64,000 nucleotides of DNA, taken from positions 13-64,012 of the forward strand of contig NZ_JARIDQ010000002.1 in NCBI RefSeq assembly GCF_029256985.1, read 5' to 3'. Shown piece after piece: positions 1 to 11,515 of this stretch (positions within the stretch are counted from its first letter, which is position 1; the number at the start of each line of letters is the position of its first letter). A program made the translations under genes and the position numbers. The notes beneath the pieces are model-generated. The model worked only from the letters and a program-made list of their open reading frames with translations, was not told the origin of the DNA and did not search any database. The stretch is from Otariodibacter sp. (lineage in GTDB: Bacteria > Pseudomonadota > Gammaproteobacteria > Enterobacterales > Pasteurellaceae).

Positions 1-990
1 AAAATTCCCTTGACCTTTATTGCTATGATACTAGGAGGATCTGTTGGACGTGAGGGACCATCTGTACAAGTCGGTGCAGCTACCATGCTAGCATGGGGAA
101 ATTTATGTAGAAAACAAGGCTTTGCTTTTACAGGATTAACAACGAATGAACTAATGGCAACAGGAGCCGCAGGTGGATTGGCTGCAGCATTTAACGCACC
201 TTTATCAGGTGTTATTTTTGCAATTGAAGAATTAGGGCGTGGAATATTACTGCGATGGGAAAGAAAAATATTACTCGGTGTACTCACTTCTGGTTTTATT
301 CTTGTTGCAATAGAAGGAAATAATCCATACTTTCCACAGTATCAAGGAGAAACGTCTGTTTCTTATATGTTTTTATGGGTTGCATTATGTGCTGTTATAT
401 GTGGCATCCTTGGAGGAATTTTTGCACGATTACTTGCAAAAGGTTTAGCTGGAATTTCTCCTGCATCGATTAGAGGATGGATACGACGCCATCCTGTTAT
501 GATTGCTTTATTTCTTGGACTTATTCTAGCTGCTATTGGTACTTATACAAAGGGACAAACCTATGGAACAGGTTATGATGTTGCATCTTCTGCTCTGACT
601 GGTTCAAATACCGATAGTAATTTAGGATTATTCAAACTTGTTTCAACAGTTGCTACATATTGGACTGGTATTGCCGGTGGGATTTTTACCCCTTCATTGA
701 CGACAGGTGCAGGAATTGGAGTACAAATTTGGTCATTAACCGATGGTTTGGTCGATCAGAGATTGCTAGTACTATTGTGTATGGCAGGATTTTTAGCGGG
801 AGCAACACAATCGCCAGTTACAGCAAGTGTGGTAGTAATGGAGATGACTGGTGCACAACCGGTGCTTTTCTGGTTGTTAATTTGTAGTTTAGTCTCTTCG
901 ATTATCTCTCGACAATTTAATCCAAGACCATTTTATCATCTAATGGCAAGTCGTTTTCGCCAACGTATTCAAGAAGAATACAAAGAATAA
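1..990 (+). CDS. ClC-family chloride channel / H+-Cl- antiporter, 5'-truncated by the window edge
   Basis: The frame stays open back to base 1 (KIPL precedes the TTG listed at 10), so the N-terminus lies upstream. ClC signature motifs GREGPSVQ and GIFTPS are present, with a multi-TM hydrophobic profile. Confidence 0.85.
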   Translation, partial: KIPLTFIAMILGGSVGREGPSVQVGAATMLAWGNLCRKQGFAFTGLTTNELMATGAAGGLAAAFNAPLSGVIFAIEELGRGILLRWERKILLGVLTSGFILVAIEGNNPYFPQYQGETSVSYMFLWVALCAVICGILGGIFARLLAKGLAGISPASIRGWIRRHPVMIALFLGLILAAIGTYTKGQTYGTGYDVASSALTGSNTDSNLGLFKLVSTVATYWTGIAGGIFTPSLTTGAGIGVQIWSLTDGLVDQRLLVLLCMAGFLAGATQSPVTASVVVMEMTGAQPVLFWLLICSLVSSIISRQFNPRPFYHLMASRFRQRIQEEYKE

Positions 991-1010
991 ACCGCTCATT
1001 ACAAGCGGTC
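991..1010. repeat. USS-containing hairpin (ACCGCT-N7-AGCGGT) with an exact ACAAGCGGT at 1001-1009
   Basis: The sequence accgctcattacaagcggtc lies between the convergent ClC and argE genes. The minus-strand reading is followed by a T-rich tract, so it may terminate argE. Confidence 0.6.
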
Positions 1011-1039
1011 AGTTACTCATTAAATTATGTAAAATTTAA

Positions 1040-2182
1040 CTAACAAAAATGATGGATCAATTTTGTTAGTAATTTAATTGTTGGTTCAATAAATTTAGTT
1101 TCTAAAAATTCATTAGGCTGGTGTGCTTGCTCAATAGAACCAGGTCCCAAAACTAAGGTCGGACAAATATTCTGAATGAAAGGAGCTTCCGTGCAATAAT
1201 TTACAGCATCACATTTTTCGCCCAACAACGCCTCAACCACCTGTACAATTTGTGCCGAATGACTACATTCATATCCCGGTATTCCACCATGAAGATGTTT
1301 GATTTGAATCTTATCACCAAACTCTTCAATTAAAGGTGCAAGATTTTGGTATAGCAAGCCTTGTAGGTCAGTGATAGACATATTGGGTAGGGGGCGGATT
1401 TCCAATTGTAATTCACAACAGGCACAAATTCGGTTAATTCCATCTCCACCATGAATATTACCTAAATTCATTGTAGGATAAGGTATTTTAAATAGTGAAT
1501 TGTGATAATTATTCTGTAAATCCGATTTTAACTCTAATAAATGCCCTATCGCTTTATGCATAATTTCAATGGCATTCACTCCTTGGCTAGGATCGCTCGC
1601 ATGGCCAGAACGTCCAATAACATTAATAGATTCACCGATATGACCTTTGTGGGCTCGAATAGGTTTTAATGAAGTTGGCTCACCAATAATGGCACAATCA
1701 GGTCTAATTGTTGCTTGTTGAGAAAATACTCTAGCCCCGAGCATTGTTGTTTCTTCATCAGCAGTTGCCAGAATACGAATTGGCTTATTTAATTTTTGAA
1801 GATCGATTTGACTAAGAGTATCAATAACAAAGGCAAAAAAGCCTTTCATATCTGCCGTACCTAGGCCATAGAATTTCCCTTCTTTTTCTGTTAAAGCAAA
1901 AGGATCAAAAATCCATCTTCCCTCATCAAAAGGTACCGTATCTGTATGCCCTGCAAACAATAAACCACCCTCGCCTTCACCGTAGGTCGCTAATAAATTG
2001 TATTTTCCTCGGCTGCCTTCAACGGGTAAAATTTCAATCTGAAAGCCGAAGTCTTCTAACCAAGTAGCTAACAGATCAATTAAAGGCTTATTAGTTAAAT
2101 CATACTCTGCTTGCAAACTACTAATCGTAGGAATTGCAATAATTTGTTGATATCTATGAATAAAATTGATTGATTTTTTCAT
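1040..2182 (-). CDS. argE: Acetylornithine deacetylase
   Basis: 380-aa M20 peptidase, colinear with E. coli ArgE as I recall it. Shared motifs are [37 protein letters not shown] and [11 protein letters not shown]. Confidence 0.93.
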   Translation of the reverse strand: MKKSINFIHRYQQIIAIPTISSLQAEYDLTNKPLIDLLATWLEDFGFQIEILPVEGSRGKYNLLATYGEGEGGLLFAGHTDTVPFDEGRWIFDPFALTEKEGKFYGLGTADMKGFFAFVIDTLSQIDLQKLNKPIRILATADEETTMLGARVFSQQATIRPDCAIIGEPTSLKPIRAHKGHIGESINVIGRSGHASDPSQGVNAIEIMHKAIGHLLELKSDLQNNYHNSLFKIPYPTMNLGNIHGGDGINRICACCELQLEIRPLPNMSITDLQGLLYQNLAPLIEEFGDKIQIKHLHGGIPGYECSHSAQIVQVVEALLGEKCDAVNYCTEAPFIQNICPTLVLGPGSIEQAHQPNEFLETKFIEPTIKLLTKLIHHFC

Positions 2183-2955
2183 TATCTAACATATCTCAAA
2201 ATAGCAAAACCAAGTGCCACATCCCAAATAACTACAAGATAAAAGCTAATACGTTCAAAAATTGCTAAATAATTTGTAAAACCAAACATCGTAATACCTA
2301 TGGCAATGATCCCTATCCCTCCAGCAATTAGACTAAATAGTTTGAATTTACGCAAAAATGGCTTATCGATACCAATTCCTGTCACTATCATCATAATATT
2401 ACCTAATAAAAAGGTAATACTTACTCCAAGATTTTGTAAACCACCTTCAGTATAATGACCGCCTTGAGCAGAATATATTAAAATCATACCCAATGAAAAA
2501 AAGATCGCTGCCATACTGCCGATCAGTCTAAATCCTTTTATCATCTGATTAACAGCTATAAGATAAATAAATAAAAATAGAGAACCATGTACCATAAATG
2601 TGGCTTTCATTACGAATGAAAGAGGAGAAAGTTGGCTTGTTTGAGAATCGACAATAGAGCCTATAGGTAAAAGTAACTCTAATATAGTATGATCATAGTA
2701 AGCTAAAAATCCTACATTACTAAATACAATTGTTATAAGTTCTGCTGCAAAATAATCAATACCAATGAATACAGCTAAAAAGGCCAACATCCTAACCAAT
2801 AATTTATTGGTAACTCTTACAAATGGTGACATCAATAGAGGGTAAAACTTCACACCAAATGAACCATTAGTAAAATATTGTTCTATTGACTGATATTTTT
2901 TTGATATGAATTGAATATATTTATTTATGCTGTATTTTCGTTTAGTCGATGTCAT
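2182..2955 (-). CDS. Integral membrane protein of unknown function (about 7 TM; possibly DUF998-like, uncertain)
   Basis: 257-aa hydrophobic ORF with no catalytic motif I recognise. Its TAA stop overlaps the argE ATG (TAATG on the minus strand at 2180-2184), which implies translational coupling. Confidence 0.7.
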   Translation of the reverse strand: MTSTKRKYSINKYIQFISKKYQSIEQYFTNGSFGVKFYPLLMSPFVRVTNKLLVRMLAFLAVFIGIDYFAAELITIVFSNVGFLAYYDHTILELLLPIGSIVDSQTSQLSPLSFVMKATFMVHGSLFLFIYLIAVNQMIKGFRLIGSMAAIFFSLGMILIYSAQGGHYTEGGLQNLGVSITFLLGNIMMIVTGIGIDKPFLRKFKLFSLIAGGIGIIAIGITMFGFTNYLAIFERISFYLVVIWDVALGFAILRYVR

Positions 2956-3157
2956 ATAAGCCTTATCTTTATCTTCATAAAACGATAATAGGTTTTATCT
3001 AATAATTGTACTATCTTACTACCTTAAAATTCGGATTTAATTTAGGTCATTGTAATATTATTCTTAATAGAAAATATCATACCACGAATAAAAGAACAGA
3101 GGTAATCTATCAATATTCACAAAATAATTTGTGATTTTTTTATAAAAAAAGTATTAT

Positions 3158-3173
3158 AGACGTCTAGATGGCA
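3158..3173. promoter_or_regulatory. MetJ operator (tandem met boxes) upstream of metK
   Basis: AGACGTCT (perfect 8-bp met box, 3158-3165) is immediately followed by AGATGGCA (5/8). The site lies about 115 bp upstream of the metK ATG. metK is a classical MetJ target in Enterobacteria and Pasteurellaceae. Confidence 0.6.
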
Positions 3174-3286
3174 AAATCAACAGAATACAAATCAGTCGGT
3201 CTTTTAACACAGCATACTTTAAGTACTATGAGTACTATGACCGCATATTTACTACCCTTTTATTTATCAATTAAGGATTAAACTCA

Positions 3287-4435
3287 ATGACAATTAATTT
3301 ATTTACATCTGAATCTGTTTCAGAAGGACATCCAGATAAAATTGCAGATCAAATTTCAGATGCAGTACTTGATGAGATATTAAAGCAAGATCCTCAAGCT
3401 CGTGTAGCTTGTGAAACTTATGTCAAAACAGGCATGGCATTAGTTGGTGGTGAAATTACAACCTCTGCTTGGGTTGATATAGAAAACCTAACTCGTCAAG
3501 TTATTTGTGATATTGGTTATACTCATTCAGACATGGGATTTGATGCTCGTTCTTGTGCCGTATTAAATGCGATTGGTAAACAATCTCCAGATATTAATCA
3601 AGGGGTTGATCGTGAAGATCCATTAGCTCAAGGTGCGGGTGATCAAGGTATTATGTTTGGTTTTGCTACAAATGAAACAGATGTATTAATGCCAGCACCA
3701 ATTACTTATGCTCATCGCTTAATGGAACAACAAGCAAAAGTGCGTAAAAGTGGCAAGTTAAACTGGTTACGTCCAGATGCAAAAAGCCAATTAACTTTTA
3801 TTTATGAAGATAACAAAATTAAAGGTATTGATGCTGTTGTACTTTCAACACAACATGCTGATAGCGTATCACAAAAAGAAATCTATGAAGGCGTAATGGA
3901 AGAAATAATTAAACCAATTTTACCAACAGAATGGTTAAATAAAGATACCAAATATTTTATTAACCCAACAGGTCGCTTTGTAATTGGTGGACCGATGGGT
4001 GACTGTGGATTAACAGGCCGCAAAATTATTGTAGATACCTACGGCGGTGCCGCACGTCATGGTGGTGGAGCTTTCTCTGGAAAAGATCCTTCAAAAGTTG
4101 ACCGTTCGGCAGCTTATGCGGCTCGTTATGTTGCAAAAAATATTGTTGCTGCAGGTTTAGCTGATCGTTGTGAAATTCAATTATCTTATGCAATTGGTGT
4201 GGCAGATCCAACATCAATCATGGTAGAAACTTTTGGTACAGGAAAAGTGAATAACGAAATCTTAGTGGAATTAGTGAGAGAACACTTTGATTTACGCCCT
4301 TACGGATTAATTAAAATGTTAGATCTAATCCAACCGATTTACCGTGAAACAGCAGCATACGGACACTTTGGTCGTGAAAATTTTCCGTGGGAAAAAACAG
4401 ATAAAGCTGACTTACTCAAAGAGGCTGCTAAATAA
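3287..4435 (+). CDS. metK: S-adenosylmethionine synthetase
   Basis: 382 aa. The N-terminus is [21 protein letters not shown] and the [19 protein letters not shown] loop is present. Confidence 0.97.
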   Translation: MTINLFTSESVSEGHPDKIADQISDAVLDEILKQDPQARVACETYVKTGMALVGGEITTSAWVDIENLTRQVICDIGYTHSDMGFDARSCAVLNAIGKQSPDINQGVDREDPLAQGAGDQGIMFGFATNETDVLMPAPITYAHRLMEQQAKVRKSGKLNWLRPDAKSQLTFIYEDNKIKGIDAVVLSTQHADSVSQKEIYEGVMEEIIKPILPTEWLNKDTKYFINPTGRFVIGGPMGDCGLTGRKIIVDTYGGAARHGGGAFSGKDPSKVDRSAAYAARYVAKNIVAAGLADRCEIQLSYAIGVADPTSIMVETFGTGKVNNEILVELVREHFDLRPYGLIKMLDLIQPIYRETAAYGHFGRENFPWEKTDKADLLKEAAK

Positions 4436-4469
4436 AATAATAGTTATATTTAAAAATTAGATACATAAT

Positions 4470-4503
4470 AAAAAAGCCCGAAGTCATAACTTCAGGCTTT
4501 TTA
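4470..4503. terminator. Bidirectional rho-independent terminator between metK and sstT
   Basis: The sequence is aaaaaaGCCCGAAGTcataACTTCAGGCttttt. It forms a 9-bp stem with one mismatch, with an A-run on one side and a T-run on the other. Confidence 0.75.
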
Positions 4504-4524
4504 CTTCTAATTATAAATTATCAA

Positions 4525-5736
4525 CTATTCATCATCAGAAGATAAGCTTACTGCTGCTGTAAATAATACATCAGTTGAAGAGTTTAAAGCAGTTTCTGCT
4601 GAATCTTGAATCACACCAATAATGAAACCAACACCAATAACTTGTGCTGCAATATCATTTGGAATACTGAATAAACTACACGCAAGTGGAATTAATAATA
4701 GTGAACCACCAGCAACACCCGATGCACCACAAGCACAAACTGAAGCAACAATACTTAATAATAATGCAGTCCAGAAATCAGGTACAATACCTTGTGTGTA
4801 AGCTGCAGCTAAAGTTAAAACAGTAATTGTGATCGCAGCTCCTGCCATATTGATCGTTGCACCAAGTGGAATTGATACAGAATAAATTTCTTCTTTTAAC
4901 CCTAAACGTTTTGCTAAATTCATATTCACTGGAATATTTGCTGCAGAACTACGAGTAAAGAACGCAGTCACACCACTTTCACGTATACAAGTTAGAGTAA
5001 GTGGGTAAGGGTTGCGACCCAATTTCCAATATACAAGTAAAGGGTTTAAGAGAAATGCAACAATTGACATAGCACCCAATAAAACAAATAGCAGACGAAT
5101 ATAACCAGCAAAAGCATCAACGCCGTTAGTTGCAATAGTTTCAGCTACTAATCCAAAAACCCCAATAGGAGCAAAGGTAATAACAACTTTAACAACAAAA
5201 GAAACTGCATCAGCCATATCGCTTAATAAAACTTTAGTGCTATCAGCTCCGTGACGTAATGCAATGCCTAAACCAATAGACCATGCAAGAATCCCAATAA
5301 AATTACCATCAGTTATCGCACCAAATGGATTATCAACTAAATTAAAAATGACTACTTTTAAAACTTCATCGACACGATCTGGTGGCGCCAATCCACCTGG
5401 GCTTTCAACCAGCTCTAATGTTGTTGGAAAAGCATAACTAAGCACTACAGCTGTTAATGCTGCAAGAAAAGTCCCCATAAGATAAAGAACAATAATTGGC
5501 TTCAAACGGCCATTGCTTCCAACTTTTTTATTTGCAATCGCAGATAAAACAATAGTGAATACTAAAATAGGCGCTATAGATCTAAGGGATTTGACAAAAA
5601 ATTGACCTAATACACCAAATTTTATCGCTATTTCTGGGAATATAAGAGCAAGAACTATACCAAGGATTAATCCAATGGCAATCCGTAGTACAAGATTCCC
5701 ACCAAAAAGTTTAGAAGAAAGAAAAGGGTTACTCAT
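4525..5736 (-). CDS. sstT: Serine/threonine:Na+ symporter
   Basis: 403-aa DAACS-family transporter. Its length and sequence are colinear with enterobacterial SstT as I recall it. Confidence 0.88.
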   Translation of the reverse strand: MSNPFLSSKLFGGNLVLRIAIGLILGIVLALIFPEIAIKFGVLGQFFVKSLRSIAPILVFTIVLSAIANKKVGSNGRLKPIIVLYLMGTFLAALTAVVLSYAFPTTLELVESPGGLAPPDRVDEVLKVVIFNLVDNPFGAITDGNFIGILAWSIGLGIALRHGADSTKVLLSDMADAVSFVVKVVITFAPIGVFGLVAETIATNGVDAFAGYIRLLFVLLGAMSIVAFLLNPLLVYWKLGRNPYPLTLTCIRESGVTAFFTRSSAANIPVNMNLAKRLGLKEEIYSVSIPLGATINMAGAAITITVLTLAAAYTQGIVPDFWTALLLSIVASVCACGASGVAGGSLLLIPLACSLFSIPNDIAAQVIGVGFIIGVIQDSAETALNSSTDVLFTAAVSLSSDDE

Positions 5737-6003
5737 AAAGTTTCCTATAAAAATAAGAATAAATAAATTTCATGTTTTTTATTAAAATATGTATTGATAG
5801 TATCTAAAAAATATAAAAATGTGAATAGTTAATACCAATTAGAATTAAAAAAATTCACATTTCTAGAAATTTATAGAAAGATATCTGAATTAGATAAATT
5901 TATTGATTCTTTATTACAAAAAAATATAGAATGACTTACGTTATTTATCTAGTATTTTTCAGAAAGTTGTAATTCACATTTTCTTATTTTTATAAGGTAG
6001 TCA

Positions 6004-6366
6004 ATGAAACCCTCCAATAAAGCAAGTTTTCAAAGAGTGATTAATGCAACCAAATATTCATTAAAAGGGTTAAAAAGTGCGTATATTAATGAAGCTGCGC
6101 TTCGTCAAGAAATCTGGCTTTCTTGTATAACAATTCCTTTAGGTTTTTTTCTAGGACAAACACCCGTTGAAAAAATTTTATTGGTAGGAAGCATATTACT
6201 TATTCTTATTACTGAATTATTAAATAGTGCGATTGAATCTGTTGTTGACCGTATTGGATCAGAATTTCATGAATTGTCAGGTAGAGCTAAAGATATTGCC
6301 TCTGCAGCCGTTTTTATGAGTATACTTCTGGCTGGAATGACATGGTTACTTATTTGCTTTTTCTAA
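6004..6366 (+). CDS. dgkA: Diacylglycerol kinase
   Basis: 120 aa with 3 TM. The segment ELLNSAIESVVDRIGSEFHELSGRAKD matches the conserved prokaryotic DgkA core. Confidence 0.92.
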   Translation: MKPSNKASFQRVINATKYSLKGLKSAYINEAALRQEIWLSCITIPLGFFLGQTPVEKILLVGSILLILITELLNSAIESVVDRIGSEFHELSGRAKDIASAAVFMSILLAGMTWLLICFF

Positions 6367-6384
6367 ACTAATAAAAATTACGTA

Positions 6385-8949
6385 ATGGGCATTTTCAATC
6401 TAAAAGAACAATTTGATAAATTCAATACTGAGCAAAGCATAAAATTTAATTGTATTAATGTTGTAACACTGTTGTATCAACGTAGTAATTTTTATGATCA
6501 ATTACTCCAAACATTATGGGAACATTTTGAATTAGATAGATACTCTGATCTAGCACTTATTGCTGTTGGTGGGTACGGTCGTAGAGAAATGTTTCCTCTC
6601 TCTGATCTTGATATTCTAATTATCAGTGAAAATCCTATCAATGAAACAACACAAGATAAGATCACTCAATTATTTAATATTTTATGGGATTGCAATTTAC
6701 AGTTAGGCTCCGCAATTCGAACTATCCAACAATGTATTGATATTGGACTTAATGAACTATCCGTTGCAACAAATATGTTGGAAAGCCGGTTTTTAATAGG
6801 CAATAAATTTTTGTGGGAACAATTAATTTCTCATTTATATCAAGATAATTTTTGGCCAATTTCATCTTTTTTTCAAGCAAAAATAGAAGAAAAACAAACG
6901 CGCTACGAAAGATATCATAATACAAGCTATAACCTTGAACCTGATTTGAAGCATAGTCCAGGAGGATTACGTGATCTACATTTACTTTTATGGATTATGC
7001 TTAGACAATATGGCGTTCAATCTTTAGATTCACTTTATGCTAAAGGGATCCTTTTCAAAAAAGAGTATGAAGAACTAAAAGAGGCACAGAAAATCCTTTT
7101 TCAAATGCGGTTTGGATTACACCTTCAACTGAAACGCTATGACAATCGTTTACGCTTTGATCGCCAGCTAGCATTGAGTGAACAGTTAGGTTATCAAGGG
7201 GAAGGAAATCATCCCGTAGAAATGATGATGAAAGCCTACTTCCAAGCAACTCAATCTATTTCTCAACTAAGCCAACTAATTCTTGATAGCTTTAAACAAG
7301 ATGTACTAAATCCTTTGCAAAATAAAGGAACAAAGTTACCGCTTGATGAGTTATTTTTTTTACGAGATAACCAAATCAGTTGTTATAGTCCAAGAAATTT
7401 ATCCCAATCCCCTGAAAAAATATTAGATCTTTTCTTTTATTTAACTGAGTATCCTGAAGCAATAATCGCAATAACCACACTACGTCATCTTCGTTTGACG
7501 ATAAAAAATATTACGATACCTTTAAGTGAAAATCCAAATGCCCGAAAACGTTTTATTCAGCTTTTTTCACAACCTAATTGTATCCAACGAGCAATTCTGC
7601 CTATGCACCGTTTTGGAGTACTTTCAATCTATCTGCCACAATGGAAAAATATCCGAGGGTTAATGCAATTTGATATGTTTCACCTTTATACGGTTGATGA
7701 ACATATCGTGCGAGTGATGCAAAAATTAGAGAGTTTTCTCGACCAAACCAATAGTGAGAAACATCCCCTATGTTGTGAAATCTTTCCCATACTCGAAAAA
7801 CGTCCTCTACTCTATCTAGCTGCTCTATTTCATGATATAGCAAAAGGACGAAATGGCGATCATTCAAAATTGGGGGCAGAAGATATGCGTCAATTTGCCC
7901 ACCTACACGGATTTAGCGAAGAGGATAGCGATTATATGGCGTGGTTAGTCGAACAACATCTATCTATGTCTATTACTGCACAACGACGCGATATTCACGA
8001 TCCCTCTGTTGTAAAAAATTTTGCAAATGTCGTTAATAATCCGACCGCGTTATCTGCATTAACTTGCTTAACAGTAGCCGATATTTGTGCAACTAATGAA
8101 ACATTATGGAATGATTGGAAACGTTCCTTAATTCATAAACTCTATCAATTTACGCTTGAACAACTCAATTTAGGTAAGGAAGAATCTATCGATTACCACC
8201 AATTAGCACTTAATAATCGTGATGAAACCTTGCAACAACTCAATTTATCTGAAGTTCAACAACAAAAACTTTGTGAATTTTGGGATAGCTGTCCTGAAAG
8301 TTACTTTGTGCGTCATAATCCAACCCAGCTTATCTGGCATGCTTCATCATTTATTAAAAGCACGACCCTCCCCTTAGTACTAGTCAGTAGTCAATACGCA
8401 CGTAGTGCCACTGAAATTTTTATCTACACACAAGAACAACCGTATATTTTTGCTCGAGTTGCACAAATGATGAGCCAGAAAAAAGTGACAGTGCATGATG
8501 CCCAAATTCTGACAAGTGATAATGGATTTATCTTAGATAGCTTTATTGTTTCCGAACAAAATGGTAAAACACTCAATAAAGATCGACTTAAACAGATTCA
8601 ACTTGCATTGACTAAGACCTTACAAGATACTGAATCTAAACCTATAAAAATCGTCAAAAAACCAATAAAGCATAGATCATTTAAACGTAAAACTATGATT
8701 CGTTTTTTAGATGAATTAAATCTAGAACATACTGCTTTTGAATTATTCACATTAGATAGAGAAGGATTATTGACTCGAATAGGCTATATTTTTCAACAAT
8801 TACAATTAAACTTAATTAACGCCAAAATTACGACGATAGGTGAACAGGTAGAAGATTTTTTTGTGGTGACAACATCTCAAAATCAAGCACTATCAGAAGT
8901 ACAAAAAGAGAAACTGAAACAAACTATAATTACTGAATTAACAAATTAA
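6385..8949 (+). CDS. glnD: [Protein-PII] uridylyltransferase / uridylyl-removing enzyme
   Basis: 854 aa. It has the nucleotidyltransferase motif GGYGRREMFPLSDLD, an HD domain (LAALFHDIAKGR) and two C-terminal ACT-like segments. Confidence 0.93.
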   Translation: MGIFNLKEQFDKFNTEQSIKFNCINVVTLLYQRSNFYDQLLQTLWEHFELDRYSDLALIAVGGYGRREMFPLSDLDILIISENPINETTQDKITQLFNILWDCNLQLGSAIRTIQQCIDIGLNELSVATNMLESRFLIGNKFLWEQLISHLYQDNFWPISSFFQAKIEEKQTRYERYHNTSYNLEPDLKHSPGGLRDLHLLLWIMLRQYGVQSLDSLYAKGILFKKEYEELKEAQKILFQMRFGLHLQLKRYDNRLRFDRQLALSEQLGYQGEGNHPVEMMMKAYFQATQSISQLSQLILDSFKQDVLNPLQNKGTKLPLDELFFLRDNQISCYSPRNLSQSPEKILDLFFYLTEYPEAIIAITTLRHLRLTIKNITIPLSENPNARKRFIQLFSQPNCIQRAILPMHRFGVLSIYLPQWKNIRGLMQFDMFHLYTVDEHIVRVMQKLESFLDQTNSEKHPLCCEIFPILEKRPLLYLAALFHDIAKGRNGDHSKLGAEDMRQFAHLHGFSEEDSDYMAWLVEQHLSMSITAQRRDIHDPSVVKNFANVVNNPTALSALTCLTVADICATNETLWNDWKRSLIHKLYQFTLEQLNLGKEESIDYHQLALNNRDETLQQLNLSEVQQQKLCEFWDSCPESYFVRHNPTQLIWHASSFIKSTTLPLVLVSSQYARSATEIFIYTQEQPYIFARVAQMMSQKKVTVHDAQILTSDNGFILDSFIVSEQNGKTLNKDRLKQIQLALTKTLQDTESKPIKIVKKPIKHRSFKRKTMIRFLDELNLEHTAFELFTLDREGLLTRIGYIFQQLQLNLINAKITTIGEQVEDFFVVTTSQNQALSEVQKEKLKQTIITELTN

Positions 8950-8977
8950 TATTTTAAAACCTCAAAAAGGGATAATT

Positions 8978-9610
8978 ATGAAAACTATTTCAAAAATTTT
9001 ATCATTGACTGGATTACTAGCCTTAGTTGGCTGTAATTCTATTTATGATGCGCCTTCTAAAGTAGATAAATCAATAATAACGATTCCACATTCAGATCCC
9101 CAATGGCAACAACATCTAGCACAATTACAAAAAATTAGGTCTTACTCTGCAAGTGGTCAATTTGGTTATCTTTCACCTGAGGATCGATTTTCCTCACACT
9201 TTGATTGGCAATATCATTCTCCATATCAGTTTCATCTAGTGATGTCCTCAAATCTTTCAAGTAAATCACTCAAATTACAACGTACCCAACAAGGTATGAC
9301 GGTTTCTGACAGTGAAGGTAATTCACGTACCGAAACCAATATTACTAAGTTAATGCAAGAAATGATCGGAGTATCATTTCCTATCGACCATTTTGCTTAT
9401 TGGGTAAAAGGTCAACCTGAAGAAAATATGCCTTATACGGTTAATGAAAAACGCCAACTAGCTCAATTTAATTACCCTATTAATGGTGTAACGTGGAATG
9501 TGAATTTTGTTGAATATCATGAAGATCGTATTCCAAACTTACCCAAACTAATTTCACTAGATAATGGGACACAAACTTTAAAAATTCGTATTGATGAATG
9601 GACATATTGA
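8978..9610 (+). CDS. lolB: Outer-membrane lipoprotein LolB
   Basis: 210 aa with a signal peptide and lipobox LVGC. It sits immediately upstream of ispE-prs, as in E. coli. Confidence 0.85.
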   Translation: MKTISKILSLTGLLALVGCNSIYDAPSKVDKSIITIPHSDPQWQQHLAQLQKIRSYSASGQFGYLSPEDRFSSHFDWQYHSPYQFHLVMSSNLSSKSLKLQRTQQGMTVSDSEGNSRTETNITKLMQEMIGVSFPIDHFAYWVKGQPEENMPYTVNEKRQLAQFNYPINGVTWNVNFVEYHEDRIPNLPKLISLDNGTQTLKIRIDEWTY

Positions 9611-9611
9611 T

Positions 9612-10460
9612 ATGAGCAATATTCTTACTTTTCCTAGCCCAGCTAAACTCAATTTATTCTTATATATTACAGGCAAGCGGTCAGATGGCTATCATGAATT
9701 GCAAACCTTGTTTCAGTTTTTAGACTTTGGGGATGATATCCATTTTGAAATTACTCAAGGATCGCAAATTGAACTACTCGATCAACTAGATTCTGTACCT
9801 GTTGAGCAAAATCTAATTTATAAAGCTGCAAAATTATTACAACAGCACACCGCTTGTTCCCTTGGTGCAAAAATTGGAATAACCAAAAGGCTCCCTATGG
9901 GAGGAGGCGTTGGAGGAGGGTCATCTAACGCAGCAACAACCCTCGTTGTACTTAATCAACTATGGAATACACAACTCTCTCTAGAAACTTTAGCAGAACT
10001 TGGATTAACATTAGGTGCTGATGTACCTATTTTTGTGAGAGGTCATGCAGCTTTTGCTGAAGGAGTGGGCGAAAAATTAACATTTTGCAATCCACCAGAA
10101 AAGTGGTTCGTAGTGCTTAAACCTAATGTGTCTATTTCAACTGCACTAATTTTTAATCAACCCTCACTACCTCGCAATACGCCCAAAAGAAAATTGCAAG
10201 AACTTTTATCTATAAATTGGAAAAACGATTGCGAAAAAGTTGTCCGAGATCAGTATTCAGAGGTTGAAGATCTTATCGCTTGGTTGGTACAATATGCACC
10301 GTTTCGGTTAACTGGTACAGGTGCTTGTATTTTTGCTGAGTTTGAAAGTGAAGCTAAAGCTCGTCAAGTTTTTGCTAACAAGCCGAATGATATACAAGGC
10401 TTTGTGGCAAAAGGACAAAATATTTCACCTTTACACCAAAAACTAAACTTATTTTCCTAA
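9612..10460 (+). CDS. ispE: 4-diphosphocytidyl-2-C-methyl-D-erythritol kinase
   Basis: GHMP-kinase motif [14 protein letters not shown] is present. I moved the start to ATG 9612 ([17 protein letters not shown]), 1 nt after the lolB stop; the listed start at 9591 would overlap lolB. Confidence 0.92.
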   Translation: MSNILTFPSPAKLNLFLYITGKRSDGYHELQTLFQFLDFGDDIHFEITQGSQIELLDQLDSVPVEQNLIYKAAKLLQQHTACSLGAKIGITKRLPMGGGVGGGSSNAATTLVVLNQLWNTQLSLETLAELGLTLGADVPIFVRGHAAFAEGVGEKLTFCNPPEKWFVVLKPNVSISTALIFNQPSLPRNTPKRKLQELLSINWKNDCEKVVRDQYSEVEDLIAWLVQYAPFRLTGTGACIFAEFESEAKARQVFANKPNDIQGFVAKGQNISPLHQKLNLFS

Positions 10461-10481
10461 TTTAACCCAGAGGTTCCCCCA

Positions 10482-11432
10482 ATGCCTGATATTAAACTCT
10501 TCGCAGGAAATGCTACACCAGAATTAGCAAAACGAATTGCTGAACGTCTTTATACTAACCTCAGCGATGCAACAGTTGGTCGTTTTAGTGATGGTGAGGT
10601 TCAAGTACAAATTAATGAAAATGTACGTGGCGGAGATATTTTTATTGTGCAATCAACTTGTGCACCCACTAATGATAATCTAATGGAATTGATCGTAATG
10701 GTCGATGCGTTAAGACGTGCATCTGCAGGCCGTATTACCGCTGTTATTCCATATTTTGGCTACGCTCGACAAGACCGTCGTGTTCGCTCTGCCCGTGTTC
10801 CAATTACAGCAAAAGTTGTAGCTGATTTTCTTTCTAGTGTGGGAGTTGACCGTGTATTGACTTGTGATCTTCACGCAGAACAAATTCAAGGTTTCTTTGA
10901 TGTGCCAGTAGATAACGTATTTGGTTCTCCAATTTTACTTGATGATATCTTAAAGAAATCTGACTTAGTCAACCCAATCGTTGTATCTCCAGATATCGGT
11001 GGAGTGGTTCGTGCTCGTGCAGTAGCAAAACTACTTAATGACACAGAGATGGCAATTATCGATAAACGTCGCCCTAGAGCTAACGTTTCCCAAGTTATGC
11101 ACATCATTGGTGATGTAGCAGAACGTGATTGTATCTTAGTGGATGATATGATCGATACTGGTGGAACATTAGTAAAAGCTGCTGAAGCATTAAAAGAAAG
11201 AGGTGCTCGTCGAGTGTTTGCTTATGCAACACACCCTGTATTCTCCGGTACAGCAGCGAAAAACTTAGCTAATACAGCATTAGATGAAGTGGTGGTAACC
11301 GATTCTATCCCACTTTCAGCGGAAATTAAGGCATTAAATAAAGTCCGAGTCTTGACAGTTTCAGGAATGCTTGCAGAGGCTATTCGCCGAATTAGTAATG
11401 AAGAGTCAATCTCGGCGATGTTTAATCATTAA
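10482..11432 (+). CDS. prs: Ribose-phosphate pyrophosphokinase
   Basis: 316 aa. It carries [17 protein letters not shown] and the PRPP-binding loop [10 protein letters not shown]. Confidence 0.97.
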   Translation: MPDIKLFAGNATPELAKRIAERLYTNLSDATVGRFSDGEVQVQINENVRGGDIFIVQSTCAPTNDNLMELIVMVDALRRASAGRITAVIPYFGYARQDRRVRSARVPITAKVVADFLSSVGVDRVLTCDLHAEQIQGFFDVPVDNVFGSPILLDDILKKSDLVNPIVVSPDIGGVVRARAVAKLLNDTEMAIIDKRRPRANVSQVMHIIGDVAERDCILVDDMIDTGGTLVKAAEALKERGARRVFAYATHPVFSGTAAKNLANTALDEVVVTDSIPLSAEIKALNKVRVLTVSGMLAEAIRRISNEESISAMFNH

Positions 11433-11437
11433 TAGTC

Positions 11438-11462
11438 AAAAGCCCATTATTGGGCTTTTTTA
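11438..11462 (+). terminator. prs terminator
   Basis: The sequence is AAGCCCAttatTGGGCTTttttatt, 6 nt after the prs stop. Confidence 0.8.
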
Positions 11463-11515
11463 TTGCTTCTTATCCAATATTTCATACAAGCAGTTAGATT
11501 CAGGAGTTTTCTTGC

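Noticed and set aside
660-887. 75-aa plus-strand ORF nested in the ClC gene in another frame
   Set aside because: It overlaps the ClC reading frame, which carries the family motifs, and has no independent support.
3051-3066. ARG-box-like sequence TTGTAATATTATTCTT upstream of the membrane-protein/argE unit
   Set aside because: It is a single box, and the core TGAAT/ATTCA arms have mismatches. ArgR operators normally come as pairs spaced by 3 bp, and I found no partner.
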